64,000 nt of DNA from a bacterium (GTDB lineage Bacteria > Electryoneota > JAOADG01): positions 1,088,001-1,152,000 of the forward strand of contig OY820579.1 of assembly GCA_963681965.1 (NCBI GenBank), given 5' to 3'. The stretch's first letter is position 1. Each line of letters starts with the position of its first letter. The notes under the pieces are model-generated. The model saw only the letters and a list, made by a program, of their open reading frames with translations. It made no database searches and was not told where the DNA came from. Below are positions 31,122-41,607 of this stretch, one piece after another. A program made the translations under genes and the position numbers.

Positions 31122-31511
31122 TCAGTTTCCTCCCAACAGTGCTTTAGCCGCCACAATTCCGAGCCAACAAGCCAGTAAACACCCCAATAGATTTGCCGAG
31201 GAGTTCAACAATGCGGTATTCCACATTCGGGTTTCCAACAATTTTACGGTCTCGTAGCTGAAGGTGGAAAAAGTAGTGAAAGCACCCAGAAAACCAATCG
31301 TTGCTGCGACTCGGACCGTTCGGGGGAGCAGTGTTGTCGCCGTTCCCACTTGCATGATGAAGCCAATCGCAAAACTGCCGAGAACATTGACAACCAGTGT
31401 CCCGAGTGGAAACTGATCGGAATCGACAATTTTGTATACAAATCCGGTCAACCCGTATCGGCAGAGTGTACCGAGTACACCGGCGATACTAACCCAGAGA
31501 ACTTCAGTCAT
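31122..31511 (-). CDS. crcB: Fluoride channel CrcB/FluC
   Basis: GTLCRY, PLGTLVVN, GFLGAFTTFSTF. Confidence 0.95.
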   Translation of the reverse strand: MTEVLWVSIAGVLGTLCRYGLTGFVYKIVDSDQFPLGTLVVNVLGSFAIGFIMQVGTATTLLPRTVRVAATIGFLGAFTTFSTFSYETVKLLETRMWNTALLNSSANLLGCLLACWLGIVAAKALLGGN

Positions 31512-31541
31512 AGTAAAATATGCTCTGTTACCAATTTAGAA

Positions 31542-31997
31542 CTACGCACCAAGTGATGTTTTGACGAGTGTTGCGATTTTTCCGGCATCGAATCGACCTT
31601 TGGTCTGAGGCTGCACGATTCCCATCACTTTACCCATTTCTTTGATCGACGTTGCACCAGTCTGAGTGACCGCATCGGCGATAATTTGTTTGACCTCTTC
31701 TTCGGTCAAGGGAGTGGGGAGGTACGATTTAATGATTTCGATTTCAGCCTGTTCGCGTTCGACCATATCGGCACGATTCGCCTTCTGATACAGAACAATC
31801 GATTCTTCGCGCTGTTTTTTGGCTTTTTCCAATACCGTCAACTCTTCGGTGGGACCGAACCCTTTTCCCATCGAATCGATCCGAGCTTTTTTGACGGCTG
31901 CAAGAATCGTGGTTAAAATTTCACGGCGACGGGCATCGTGGTTCTTTAACGCTTCTTGAGCGTCATGTGTCAAGCGTTGTTCCAAGGTTTCAGACAT
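31542..31997 (-). CDS. GatB/YqeY domain protein
   Basis: KQREESI..Y....R...E..E, YLP, MGKVMG. Confidence 0.92.
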   Translation of the reverse strand: MSETLEQRLTHDAQEALKNHDARRREILTTILAAVKKARIDSMGKGFGPTEELTVLEKAKKQREESIVLYQKANRADMVEREQAEIEIIKSYLPTPLTEEEVKQIIADAVTQTGATSIKEMGKVMGIVQPQTKGRFDAGKIATLVKTSLGA

Positions 31998-32011
31998 GTT
32001 CTTCTCCGAGT

Positions 32012-32042
32012 AAAAAGCCCCCTCGGCAATGGCAGAGGGGGC
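32012..32042 (-). terminator. Hairpin plus short U-tract downstream of rpsU
   Basis: Minus strand GCCCCCTC-loop-GAGGGGGC-TTTT. Confidence 0.55.
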
Positions 32043-32063
32043 GGCGCACTACAAAAACCAATA

Positions 32064-32267
32064 TTATCGGCTCTGGGATAGCATCTTGCGCATTTTACGG
32101 CGAGCTATGGCAGATTTGCGTTTCCGCGCTTCAGACGGTTTTTCATAGCGTTCATGCTTCCGAATTTCCGCCATCAGACCACTCTTCTCACACGATTTTG
32201 TGAAACGGCGATAAGCGCGTTCAAACGTTTCGCCATCGCGAACTTTAACGTTCGGCAACCGACTCAC
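32064..32267 (-). CDS. rpsU: 30S ribosomal protein S21
   Basis: VKVRDGETFERAYRRF...YEKPS; GTG start after GGAGGAG. Confidence 0.93.
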   Translation of the reverse strand: MSRLPNVKVRDGETFERAYRRFTKSCEKSGLMAEIRKHERYEKPSEARKRKSAIARRKMRKMLSQSR

Positions 32268-32372
32268 CTCCTCCCGGTGCCTATAAAACTCAACAATAGC
32301 AGTGGTCTAAAACCACTGTTTCATACAACTTTTCAATTTACACCGCTGCAACACAATCTGCAAACCAACCGA

Positions 32373-32711
32373 TCAACCCGGAGGCCACGACATTTTTCTG
32401 CCGCCAAGTAGATGAAAATGCAGATGCATTACGCTTTGACCGACCCGCTCACCGCAATTTGTTACAACCCGGTAATCGGTCAAATCCATCTCTTTAGCTA
32501 GCTTTGCAATGCGAAAATGGATGGCTCCGATGAGACCATTGTCCTGCTCGGAGAGGTCAGCCATCTTCGAAATGTGTTTAACTGGGATAAAAAGGACGTG
32601 AGTGGGCGCAGCCGGCTTAATATCGTGGAACGCGACCATCATATCGTCGCGATACACTTCTTTTGCCGGGATTTCGCCAGACACAATTTTACAAAAGATA
32701 CAGGTATCCAT
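32373..32711 (-). CDS. Histidine triad (HIT) nucleotide-binding protein
   Basis: CIFCKI, HLHFHLLGGR.M.WPPG. Confidence 0.95.
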   Translation of the reverse strand: MDTCIFCKIVSGEIPAKEVYRDDMMVAFHDIKPAAPTHVLFIPVKHISKMADLSEQDNGLIGAIHFRIAKLAKEMDLTDYRVVTNCGERVGQSVMHLHFHLLGGRKMSWPPG

Positions 32712-32838
32712 TCGGATCTCGATTTTTCTTCATCCATAATAGCAAATCATATTTGCAGGCGCAAACTGAAATCAAATAGATGGCGCCAGATAATTGTGAA
32801 GCACTTGCCAGCACCGGTTTTGCGACTCAGTTCGACCT

Positions 32839-33447
32839 TTACTTCTTGATGTAAGTACCGATTAATTCTGTTTGCTCTAAGATGTGTCCTTTCATTTTTT
32901 CCAGAAGTTCATTCTTTGTCGGTTTTTTTAAGTCAGAGAATACCGTATCAAGTGCATAAAGTTTGAAAAAGTAACGATGGCGACCGATTGGCGGGCAAGG
33001 ACCGTGATACTCACAATCTCCGATGTCATTCTTTCCCGCGATAGTTCCTTTTGGCAACGTTTTTTCAGTGACCCCCTCGGCAAGAGTATCGATTGATGCC
33101 GGAATATTGAACAACACCCAGTGTACGAAAACCCGCTTAGGTGCAGCGGGATCCGGGGCATCGGGATCGTCGACAATCAGCGCAAACGATTTTGTCAAAT
33201 TGGGGGGATTTTCCCAATGCAATGGGGGTGCGATATTAGCTCCCTCGCAGGTATACATTGATGGAATATCGGACTTATCCGAAAAAGCAACCGATGAAAT
33301 CTGAAAATTCATGATTTTTACCCCTTCTAACTTATTCTTCGCAGTGGCTAAACCAAGACCGAACAAAAGACTCAGTATTAATAATAAGATATTTAAAATG
33401 TGATGCCGACAACCAAAGGGCGATGTTTTCAATGTTGCTAGGTCCAT
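32839..33447 (-). CDS. YbhB/YbcL (PEBP/RKIP-like) family protein
   Basis: DPDAP, HWV, GPCPP.G.HRY motifs; N-terminal signal-like segment. Confidence 0.92.
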   Translation of the reverse strand: MDLATLKTSPFGCRHHILNILLLILSLLFGLGLATAKNKLEGVKIMNFQISSVAFSDKSDIPSMYTCEGANIAPPLHWENPPNLTKSFALIVDDPDAPDPAAPKRVFVHWVLFNIPASIDTLAEGVTEKTLPKGTIAGKNDIGDCEYHGPCPPIGRHRYFFKLYALDTVFSDLKKPTKNELLEKMKGHILEQTELIGTYIKK

Positions 33448-33579
33448 GTACTTCTCCTTTACTTCGATAAGACAAGATAGAATGTATTAACGATCAATGG
33501 AATTGAGTTGGAGGTGGTCGTTTTTTTTTGGATCGGTGATCTATTCTCAATAACTTTACTGTCTTATAGGAGAATACGT

Positions 33580-34182
33580 GTGCGGATACTGATCGTTGTA
33601 TTGGCAATAATAGTGGTTGGCATTGGTGGTTATTTTCTCTACCAACAGCTAAAAAAGCCGACACCAAAGCAAGTTATTGTCGATCCCTATTCGACGTATG
33701 GAAAATTGATGCGAGAGTCCGAAGAGTCGGTGGCTCGGGGAATTCATTTTTTAAATCAAGGTGATGTCGGTCAAGCGAAATTTGAATTCGAAGACGCGAT
33801 TCGCTTAGATACTAACAACTATCGAGCGTATTATAATCTAGGTATTATCTATCGGGCGATGGGCGAATTCGATCGGGCGGAAGGGTACTACCGCACTGCT
33901 ATCGAATTTGCACCGCAGTTCTACGTAATATATAACAATCTGGCAAATCTGCTGTTACTAAAACATGCAGCTCCCGATAGTGCGTTAGTATATATCTCGA
34001 AGGCCGTTTCGGCTTACCCGGATTGTACGGATTTTGTCGATACGAAAATCGATGTATTGTTAGCTTCCGGAAAAAAAGCGGATGCTGAAAAGTTATGGCG
34101 ACAGGCTATTGCCAAGGATTCCACCAATCGGGGATTGATCAACAAATTTGATATTTTCGAAGCACAGAGGGGGCAACAATGA
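33580..34182 (+). CDS. Membrane-anchored TPR protein
   Basis: GTG start after AGGAG, N-terminal TM, AYYNLG / YNNLA TPR repeats. Confidence 0.82.
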   Translation: MRILIVVLAIIVVGIGGYFLYQQLKKPTPKQVIVDPYSTYGKLMRESEESVARGIHFLNQGDVGQAKFEFEDAIRLDTNNYRAYYNLGIIYRAMGEFDRAEGYYRTAIEFAPQFYVIYNNLANLLLLKHAAPDSALVYISKAVSAYPDCTDFVDTKIDVLLASGKKADAEKLWRQAIAKDSTNRGLINKFDIFEAQRGQQ

Positions 34183-37100
34183 TCGGGAAACGCTTCAGTT
34201 TCATTTTCATCCTACTAAGTATATGTACTGTTAGTTTCGCAGTACGCGCACCATCAACTCCTACCCAAACCTATCCGGCGTTCGCCACCGAAGCGCAGAC
34301 TCAATATCCTGCTCTGCCAACACAAGCTGCAGGAGTTCTCGCGACTCTGAAACAACAAACCGGTCACGATTGGAAGGGGTATGCTCGAAATGACGGTTTT
34401 GCAAGCTGGCATCTGTTTGGTGCCGGTTTAGTCGGTTATAATCCGGTTTCAGAGAGTGATGCCTTCGAACAATCGGAAGCGATTCTTGCTAAGATTCTCC
34501 CATCGCTCTATAACTCGCCGATCGAGCTTCAACGCGCTACGGCAAATCATGCTGGCGCGCGCTGGTATGTCGAATTCCGGCAGATTATCGGTGGAATTCT
34601 CGTGCACGGTGCAACCGTCGCGCTGCGCTTCGATTCACAAGGTCGAGTCACACTGCTTCAACTGGGCGCTGTCAATCCGCTGAATGTTCCACCATTCACT
34701 GGAATCGGTGAAAATTCTGCTAAATCGTTAACCGAAGCGACTATAAAAGGAACCGTTGATCATGTGGAATCGGCTTGGTTGGTTCGAGACGGCGATTTTA
34801 GTACTGGTCCCAAATTAATTCCCACTTATTACGTTACTGCCGATGTCGCATCTGATAATCGCCCGGCGCTTTTTATCGATGCACAATCCGGAGCAATTGT
34901 TGCCGGGTGGAACCGGGTGAATTTCGATCGTGCGTATGCGAACGTGAAAGGTGTAGTTCGACCGGCGCACTTAAACGATTCGATCGTAATAAACACGTTA
35001 CGGTTCGATTCAGTGAGATTTAATAGTAGAGTTTGGGCAGTTACCGATACGAATGGTAACGCATCAGCGAATTTTACCGGACGCGCCGACTCGGTGTATG
35101 ATACTGCCCAAGTTTATCTCCGCGGTCGATTTGCTAATGTTCGACCATACGAGAGTACGATAAGTCGAGCACGCATTACAACACGAAGTACCGACACGAT
35201 TCAAGTGTTATTCAATAGTACGAATTCGCTTGCAGCCGAACCGAATATGTATTGGCATTTGAATAATGTTCGTACTTGGATGAAAGGACTAAATCCTGGA
35301 TTCGATAGTTTGGCGTATGCAATCCCGGCAAAAGTCGAGCGACTTAATTACGATAATGCCTATTGGGATGGCAGAGGCGTCAATTTCGGTGATGGTGGTG
35401 GATCATTCTACAGCTTTTCGATGTTTTGCGATGTAATCTATCACGAATATCATCATGGAGTATCTCAATTTCAATACATCGGTTCCGATTTTCCTTATTC
35501 CGGTGAAACCGGTGCGATGAATGAAGCGTGGTCGGATTATTTCGCATGCTCCATGACCAACGATCCCAATATGGGTGAAGGTGGATTGTTCCGCGATGGA
35601 TCGGCATATATGCGTTTGTTAACCAACGTTTTTATGTATCCGCGAGACATCATCAATGAAGTACATTACGATGGCATGATCATCAGCGGTGCAATGTGGG
35701 ATTTACGCGCTAGCATGGGAACCCATTACGCGGATTCCGTGTTACATTTTTCAAAATATGCCCACGCTGCTTCGTTCGTCGATTATTTCGTCGATATTCT
35801 CGAATACGACGACGACGATGGCGATTTAACCAACGGAACGCCTAATAGCAACCAGATTTACGCTGCCTTCGGGCGTCACGGTATCGGTCCCGGAAGCACG
35901 GTACGATTGAAGATCAAAGACTTAACTTATCGTTTCGACGGTCTAGGTGGCTCAATCGGCAATGGCAATCGTTATTTCGATCAGGATGAATCCCTTGCTG
36001 TAACCTTTACATTGCGTAACGATGCAATCCTTTATCCACCACCCGCGCAGAATGTCAGATTACAATTTTTCACGCTCGATAGTAATCTGGTGCTGCCGGT
36101 AATCGATACTGCATACACCTTGGCGGCACATGATAGCATGCTTTGCGGAACATACCTGATCCGCAATTCTTCAGCTACTTCTCGATATGCTAAGATTTTT
36201 ATCGCCGCGACTGCCGATGGTGGTTTTTCGACGCTGGATTCCTTCCGGTTGCTAGTAGGTCATCCCAGAATCTTAATGGTTTCGAAAGATACATCGAGTT
36301 ACAATGTTCGATTTGTGACGAATACTCTCGATTCATTACATGTCGGATATTATCTGGTTAAAGCCGGAAGTAATATTGATCCGACAACGATCATGCCCGA
36401 TCACGATCGTCTAATTTGGATGGGTGGCGACAATCAAACCCTTATGTCGGATAATGACGCGGCTGCGATTGTAGATTTTCTTAATCGTGGTGGAAAAATG
36501 GTTTTGAGTGGTCAGTACATGCAAGCTCTGACCAATTTTCCGCCGCTGTTGGCGCTTCTACATTTTTCGTTGGGAATTCAAGTTACTCCTACTATCCAGA
36601 TCACACATATTGATCCTATTCCGGGTTCACCTTTTGCCTCTGTGAGAACTTATCTCACCGGCGGAGAAGGTGCGGGAAATACCCGATCACCCTCGGTCTT
36701 GTTGCAAGATAGTTCGGCGTTGCCGGTTTATCGCTACGATCAATGGAACAATGAGACAGCAGCATTTGTGTATGGTGAGGAATCCCATCCCGAACGATAT
36801 CGGGTATTAGTAACCGGGTTCGGCATTGAATCGATCAATCAACCGTATCGTCAACCCCGGCTCTACGAACTGTTCGAGCGCACTTTTGCCTGGTTCGATG
36901 GGACGTTATCGGCACCGGAAATTGCTCCGCAATTGCCGATGACCTTTAAAGTATCGACATATCCCAATCCGTTTAACTCGGAGTTGAGGGTGAACGTTCA
37001 AGTTCCAAACCGCGGCACATTGAAAATGCAGTTGATCGATGTTCTTGGACGAACCGTTTGGACGGAGATGCAACCGGTCCAACCGGGAAATTTCACGACC

Positions 37101-37199
37101 ACAATCAATGGATCGAGACTTACCAGCGGTTTGTACTTCCTCCGAATTGAAACCGGAGGACGGATGCAAAGCCTTCAAAAAGTGACACTGTTGAAATAA
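34179..37199 (+). CDS. Secreted thermolysin-like (M4) metalloprotease with C-terminal sorting domain
   Basis: Signal peptide, FTP/PepSY-like propeptide, NAYWDG, HEYHH, NEAWSD, EVH; C-terminal YPNPFN...SGLYFL. Confidence 0.88.
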   Translation: MIGKRFSFIFILLSICTVSFAVRAPSTPTQTYPAFATEAQTQYPALPTQAAGVLATLKQQTGHDWKGYARNDGFASWHLFGAGLVGYNPVSESDAFEQSEAILAKILPSLYNSPIELQRATANHAGARWYVEFRQIIGGILVHGATVALRFDSQGRVTLLQLGAVNPLNVPPFTGIGENSAKSLTEATIKGTVDHVESAWLVRDGDFSTGPKLIPTYYVTADVASDNRPALFIDAQSGAIVAGWNRVNFDRAYANVKGVVRPAHLNDSIVINTLRFDSVRFNSRVWAVTDTNGNASANFTGRADSVYDTAQVYLRGRFANVRPYESTISRARITTRSTDTIQVLFNSTNSLAAEPNMYWHLNNVRTWMKGLNPGFDSLAYAIPAKVERLNYDNAYWDGRGVNFGDGGGSFYSFSMFCDVIYHEYHHGVSQFQYIGSDFPYSGETGAMNEAWSDYFACSMTNDPNMGEGGLFRDGSAYMRLLTNVFMYPRDIINEVHYDGMIISGAMWDLRASMGTHYADSVLHFSKYAHAASFVDYFVDILEYDDDDGDLTNGTPNSNQIYAAFGRHGIGPGSTVRLKIKDLTYRFDGLGGSIGNGNRYFDQDESLAVTFTLRNDAILYPPPAQNVRLQFFTLDSNLVLPVIDTAYTLAAHDSMLCGTYLIRNSSATSRYAKIFIAATADGGFSTLDSFRLLVGHPRILMVSKDTSSYNVRFVTNTLDSLHVGYYLVKAGSNIDPTTIMPDHDRLIWMGGDNQTLMSDNDAAAIVDFLNRGGKMVLSGQYMQALTNFPPLLALLHFSLGIQVTPTIQITHIDPIPGSPFASVRTYLTGGEGAGNTRSPSVLLQDSSALPVYRYDQWNNETAAFVYGEESHPERYRVLVTGFGIESINQPYRQPRLYELFERTFAWFDGTLSAPEIAPQLPMTFKVSTYPNPFNSELRVNVQVPNRGTLKMQLIDVLGRTVWTEMQPVQPGNFTTTINGSRLTSGLYFLRIETGGRMQSLQKVTLLK

Positions 37200-37210
37200 A
37201 TGAACGGAAG

Positions 37211-37235
37211 AGGCGGGGATCAACCCCGCCTTTTT
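37211..37235 (+). terminator. Rho-independent terminator
   Basis: AGGCGGGG-atcaa-CCCCGCCT-TTTT. Confidence 0.8.
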
Positions 37236-37303
37236 ACTGATATCGGTTGACGATTGACCGATCCGGTTGTACTTTGCAGAATGTTTATGCAAGGTACTCT
37301 TCT

Positions 37304-38515
37304 ATGGCAGAACCTGAACACAGTTCCCAGACGACCAATACCTTCCTGATTGTCGCTGGATCAATCCTTTTCGCGGTTTTTCTATATAGTATTCGATCGG
37401 TGTTGATTGCACCGATCATGTACGTGGCAATTCTGGCGTTGCTTTGGCAATATCAATCCAACCGAATAATCACGACGGTCATTTATGTAACAACCGGTTT
37501 GTTTGCCGCGTATCTAATTGTCGAATTGAAAACACTGATTCCGGCTGCAGTAGTCAGTACTTTGCTGATTGTTTTATTACGCGGTCCGGTAGAGTGGCTC
37601 GTAAAACGTAATATTCGCCGCAATTATGCAGTCTTGATCGTGATGGCAGTGTCGTTTGCTTTCCTCTCGCTGGTGTTGATTATGGTGATTCCTGCCTTGG
37701 TCGAACAATCGCGAATTCTGGTTATTCTCCTCCCGACCTATTATGATCGACTTCACCACCTGATCGTCACTGATTGGCTACCGGCACTGCAGTCGATTCC
37801 CTTTTTGAAGCAAGTGGATTTAGCATCGATTCAGGATAAATTGCCGGAAATTGCTCAACGTGCTTTACGAGTCGTATCGCAGACCGGAATGGCGTTAGTT
37901 GCTTCTAGCGGTAACGTACTTGGGCAGCTTGTTAATCTCTTTTTGGTTCCGATTATTGTGCTGTACTTGCTTTTGGATGAAAAAAGTCTGATCGATAGTA
38001 TCGCGAAAATTCTGCCATCTGAACAGTCGAAAAATTGGCAAGCCCGCGGAAAGCATATTTCGACAATTCTGGGAAAGTGGTTAAAAGGTCAAATTATGGT
38101 ATCCACGATAAATGGCACGTTGATTGGGATTGGGCTGGCAATTATCGGTGAAAATTATGCGTTAATGCTGGGTACGATAACAGTGTTTCTCTGTTTTATC
38201 CCCTACATCGGATTACTGACCAGTTTCTCATTGGCAGTGCTGATCGCATTAACCGGTGGGGCTGGTTTCAGTTTTATAATGCTGATTGCACTCGTTTATA
38301 TTGTCGTGCAATTGGTCGAGAGCAATCTGATCACACCCCGGGTAATGGGGAAAGCGGTCGGTTTATCGGATTTAGTAACGATCATTGCAATTGCTATCGG
38401 TGCCGAACTGTTTGGCTTTTTTGGAATCATATTCGCAGTACCGGTTACTGCGATTGCTGTCGTGTTTATCCGCGAATGGTGGTCGACACGAGAACGGATA
38501 GAGATTAATGACTGA
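37304..38515 (+). CDS. AI-2E family transporter
   Basis: Multi-TM, WLKGQ, FIPYIG, QLVESNLITPRVMG. Confidence 0.9.
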   Translation: MAEPEHSSQTTNTFLIVAGSILFAVFLYSIRSVLIAPIMYVAILALLWQYQSNRIITTVIYVTTGLFAAYLIVELKTLIPAAVVSTLLIVLLRGPVEWLVKRNIRRNYAVLIVMAVSFAFLSLVLIMVIPALVEQSRILVILLPTYYDRLHHLIVTDWLPALQSIPFLKQVDLASIQDKLPEIAQRALRVVSQTGMALVASSGNVLGQLVNLFLVPIIVLYLLLDEKSLIDSIAKILPSEQSKNWQARGKHISTILGKWLKGQIMVSTINGTLIGIGLAIIGENYALMLGTITVFLCFIPYIGLLTSFSLAVLIALTGGAGFSFIMLIALVYIVVQLVESNLITPRVMGKAVGLSDLVTIIAIAIGAELFGFFGIIFAVPVTAIAVVFIREWWSTRERIEIND

Positions 38516-39260
38516 AGAAACTCCCGTTGAACGGGAAGGATGGTTGTTCGGACGGCGCGCAATTATCGAAGCGTTGGCGGCAGGTCGCCCGGTAGAGCGT
38601 ATTTATCTTGCGCAAGAAACTTCTGGCGCGATTTTAGCCGAATTACGTCATGCTGCGGCAGCGATTTGCGAAGTAGATCTCGTTCCCCGAGCAGCGATCG
38701 ATCGGTATGCACGCGGCGTCCATCATCAAGGTGTGGCGGCGCGAGTCGCGATGGTTTCCGCTCTCAAATTAGCCGATTGGTTAGAATCCACAAAGAGTGA
38801 GACAAATGTTCAGGCAATTTTGTGCGATGGAATCGTCGATCCCGGAAATCTCGGAGCAATCATTCGATCAGCGACCGTTTTTGGTGCTTCTGCAGTCTTA
38901 TTGGGTAACAAACACGCCCCGCTATCGGCAACAGTAGCGAAAACCTCGGCAGGGTGTATTTTTCATATGCCCATCGTTATTTGCGACAATCTTGGAAGCG
39001 CATTAAAAGATCTAAAGGATGCGGGATATTGGGTGTATGCAACTGCCGAACAAGCAGAAGAATCGATTATCGATGTAGAAATTCCCGCGAGGTTAATTTG
39101 GGCGATTGGAAGCGAAGAGCTAGGTGTTTCGAGGGTGGTTACATCCTTAGCCGATAAAACTGTTTCGATTCCAACTGCTGGAAAAACAAAAAGTCTGAAT
39201 GCATCAGTCGCCGCTGGAGTGGTATTATTTACTACCTTATCGGCGCGACTCATTCCCTGA
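38508..39260 (+). CDS. rlmB: 23S rRNA 2'-O-methyltransferase RlmB (TrmH/SPOUT family)
   Basis: HQGV, DPGNLGAIIRSA, GSEELG, SLNASVA. Confidence 0.88.
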   Translation: MTEETPVEREGWLFGRRAIIEALAAGRPVERIYLAQETSGAILAELRHAAAAICEVDLVPRAAIDRYARGVHHQGVAARVAMVSALKLADWLESTKSETNVQAILCDGIVDPGNLGAIIRSATVFGASAVLLGNKHAPLSATVAKTSAGCIFHMPIVICDNLGSALKDLKDAGYWVYATAEQAEESIIDVEIPARLIWAIGSEELGVSRVVTSLADKTVSIPTAGKTKSLNASVAAGVVLFTTLSARLIP

Positions 39261-39376
39261 TCCGCTTCGAATGCTATGATACTAATTATTAATAATATGT
39301 AATGATAAATAAAAGAACCTGAGTGCAGACTTTGATCGTTGGTAATTCTTTATTATATAGTTCCATGTGAAGTCAA

Positions 39377-40228
39377 TTGTCGGTAACTATGATTAAACGA
39401 GGCGGACCTCCGCCAGATTCGCAAGAACCGCATTATTCCTTACTTTGGATTCCCCCCGATCACCGTGAACCGACCTCGTTGGTGATGTCGGTACAGGGAT
39501 GGTGGTGGATTCAGCTCGGTTTGGCGCTTCTGGTCGTATTAGTCATATTGATTGTAGTGACTTGGGGGGTGTTTTTACACCGTGCACTCGCATACGACCA
39601 ACTGATTCGGGAAAACGAATCGCTCCGACAAAGCACAGAGAAACTCGAATTACTCAAAACGCGGGTCGAACAAATGCAAATTCTCGACTCGCAAGTCCGA
39701 CGAGCATTAGGGAGTCGACCTGGGTTAACACCGGAAGATCGCGCTCTGTTGCGGGAACGCTTTCGAAATCGGCTGTGGGATAATGGCAGTCAAACCAATA
39801 GCGGAATTGTAGATCCTACTGCGATCCCAACGCTGATGCCGGTTACGGGCTTTCTATCGCGAAAATACTCCGACGATCCGCTTGCCGGTGGGAGAGGACA
39901 TCGCGGCGTCGATTTTGCCGCGACTGCCGGGTCTCCAATTATTGCTTCTGCGAGTGGTCGAGTACTATTTGCCGGATGGACTCAACAATACGGATATGCG
40001 ATTGCGATTGGGCACCGGTCCGGAAATACGACGTTTTATGGTCATATGAATGCGCTTTTTTACAGTGCCGGCGATGATGTCAAACAGGGCGATCCAATTG
40101 GTCTCACTGGTTCGACTGGCGTTTCAACGGCACCACATCTGCACTTTGAATTATGGAAAGACGGCATGCCGGTCGATCCATTCACTTTATTGAAAGCAAA
40201 TTCACCGGTGGCAACCGGTAAAAAATAG
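39377..40228 (+). CDS. M23 family metallopeptidase
   Basis: TM plus coiled coil, HRGVD and HLHFE zinc motifs. Confidence 0.9.
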   Translation: MSVTMIKRGGPPPDSQEPHYSLLWIPPDHREPTSLVMSVQGWWWIQLGLALLVVLVILIVVTWGVFLHRALAYDQLIRENESLRQSTEKLELLKTRVEQMQILDSQVRRALGSRPGLTPEDRALLRERFRNRLWDNGSQTNSGIVDPTAIPTLMPVTGFLSRKYSDDPLAGGRGHRGVDFAATAGSPIIASASGRVLFAGWTQQYGYAIAIGHRSGNTTFYGHMNALFYSAGDDVKQGDPIGLTGSTGVSTAPHLHFELWKDGMPVDPFTLLKANSPVATGKK

Positions 40229-40244
40229 ATTTGGCGGAGGAAAA

Positions 40245-40742
40245 ATGATTTCGCGAACCACAACAACAACCGGATCGGAATTAGGAACTGTTATTGGAAC
40301 AGAAACACTGATCAAAGGCGACATCACGGTACCTCACTCGATGCGCTTGGATGGACGTGTGCAGGGACAGGTTCAGGTGAACGATACTTTAACTGTCGGT
40401 CCAAACGGAGTTGTCGAAGGAAATGTGCAAGTTCGATCGGTCATGATTGGTGGAAAAGTAGTAGGATCGGTAACCGCTTCCGATAAAATTACTTTGAACT
40501 CCACTGCGGTGATGAACGGCGACATGGTTTGTACGAAACTTGTTATTGAAGAAGGGGCGACTTTCGACGGGATGTCGAAAATGCGGGGCGACAAATTGCC
40601 GTTGATGATGCCGCAAAGTGAACCGCAAGTTGCCGCGGCTCCTGTCACTCCGGTACGACCGGCAACTGCACCGACACCGCCTCCGAACAAACCGGGTGGC
40701 GAAGATTCCGATTTACCACGGTGGGCAGAACGCCGTCGATAA
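40245..40742 (+). CDS. Bactofilin (polymer-forming cytoskeletal protein)
   Basis: Beta-helix repeats TVIG...IKGDI...RLDG.V.G...IEEGATFDG. Confidence 0.92.
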   Translation: MISRTTTTTGSELGTVIGTETLIKGDITVPHSMRLDGRVQGQVQVNDTLTVGPNGVVEGNVQVRSVMIGGKVVGSVTASDKITLNSTAVMNGDMVCTKLVIEEGATFDGMSKMRGDKLPLMMPQSEPQVAAAPVTPVRPATAPTPPPNKPGGEDSDLPRWAERRR

Positions 40743-40834
40743 ATTTGGTTTTAACAACTCCGATCTCGGGTAAAGAAGATACATGTTTTTATCAAATAAT
40801 GGTTTCTCAGAACGATTTATAGTGAGAGTGAATC

Positions 40835-41068
40835 ATGCCGATACTCGATCCAGAGGCGATGAAAACGTTTCGATCCGTCGGCGACATCAGCTCGATCGGT
40901 ATCGGATTGGCGGCAACCATTATTTTTTGCGGTGCGATTGGTTGGTGGATTGATGATACATGGCAGTGTAAACCGTGGGGAACCCTGATCGGGTGCTTGA
41001 TCGGAATCGCCGGTGGGATGTATAACATGATCCGTATCGTGATCAAAGCCAACAAAGACACAAAGTAA
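40835..41068 (+). CDS. AtpZ/AtpI family protein
   Basis: 77 aa, two TM, IGWWID..W...PW...G. Confidence 0.88.
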   Translation: MPILDPEAMKTFRSVGDISSIGIGLAATIIFCGAIGWWIDDTWQCKPWGTLIGCLIGIAGGMYNMIRIVIKANKDTK

Positions 41069-41211
41069 GATCGTATTAATAAGTAGTTTTCGATTTATTT
41101 TGTAACTGATTTCACGAACACGATCGTGCTAACTTAAGTTTATTACAAATATTATTTGCATCATCCGGGAGAATTGTTATTTTACCGGAAACGACTGAAA
41201 AAGAGCGGTTA

Positions 41212-41583
41212 GTGATAAATAAATCCACAGTGAGGTGGTTCGCAATTACGGCTGTGGCTGCGATTCTCATCTTTTTTTTACCACCCCAGGGTTTATTCAA
41301 CGGTAAGTTTTTAGCGGCACTTCTATCTGGTGTCGGTGTCGGTGCCTCCGGTTTATGGCAACTAAGTATCCTGAAACGGTATCCGACTCAGCCGTTGCGC
41401 GCCGTTGCAATTGGCGCTATATCGCGAACCGCAGTCGTTATTGTGGGAATCATTATTGTTTACTTCGTGCTACCAGGCGACCAATTAGCCGGTACTGCGA
41501 TATCGATCGTGGTTATTTATTTCGCTGTGCAGATGGCGGAAATGCCATTGTTACTAAAGAGTCTTAACGAACAGAAACCGTAG
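41212..41583 (+). CDS. Probable ATP synthase protein I-like 4-TM protein
   Basis: Four hydrophobic helices; located between atpZ and atpB. Confidence 0.55.
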   Translation: MINKSTVRWFAITAVAAILIFFLPPQGLFNGKFLAALLSGVGVGASGLWQLSILKRYPTQPLRAVAIGAISRTAVVIVGIIIVYFVLPGDQLAGTAISIVVIYFAVQMAEMPLLLKSLNEQKP

Positions 41584-41607
41584 CGATCCAATCGAGATAA
41601 CTGTCTA

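Noticed and set aside
31512-31541. Fluoride riboswitch upstream of crcB
   Set aside because: Only a 30-nt gap and no riboswitch consensus; crcB appears to be operon-internal.
39377-41068. M23 peptidase-bactofilin-atpZ adjacency
   Set aside because: M23-bactofilin pairing is a known, widespread cell-shape module; not novel.
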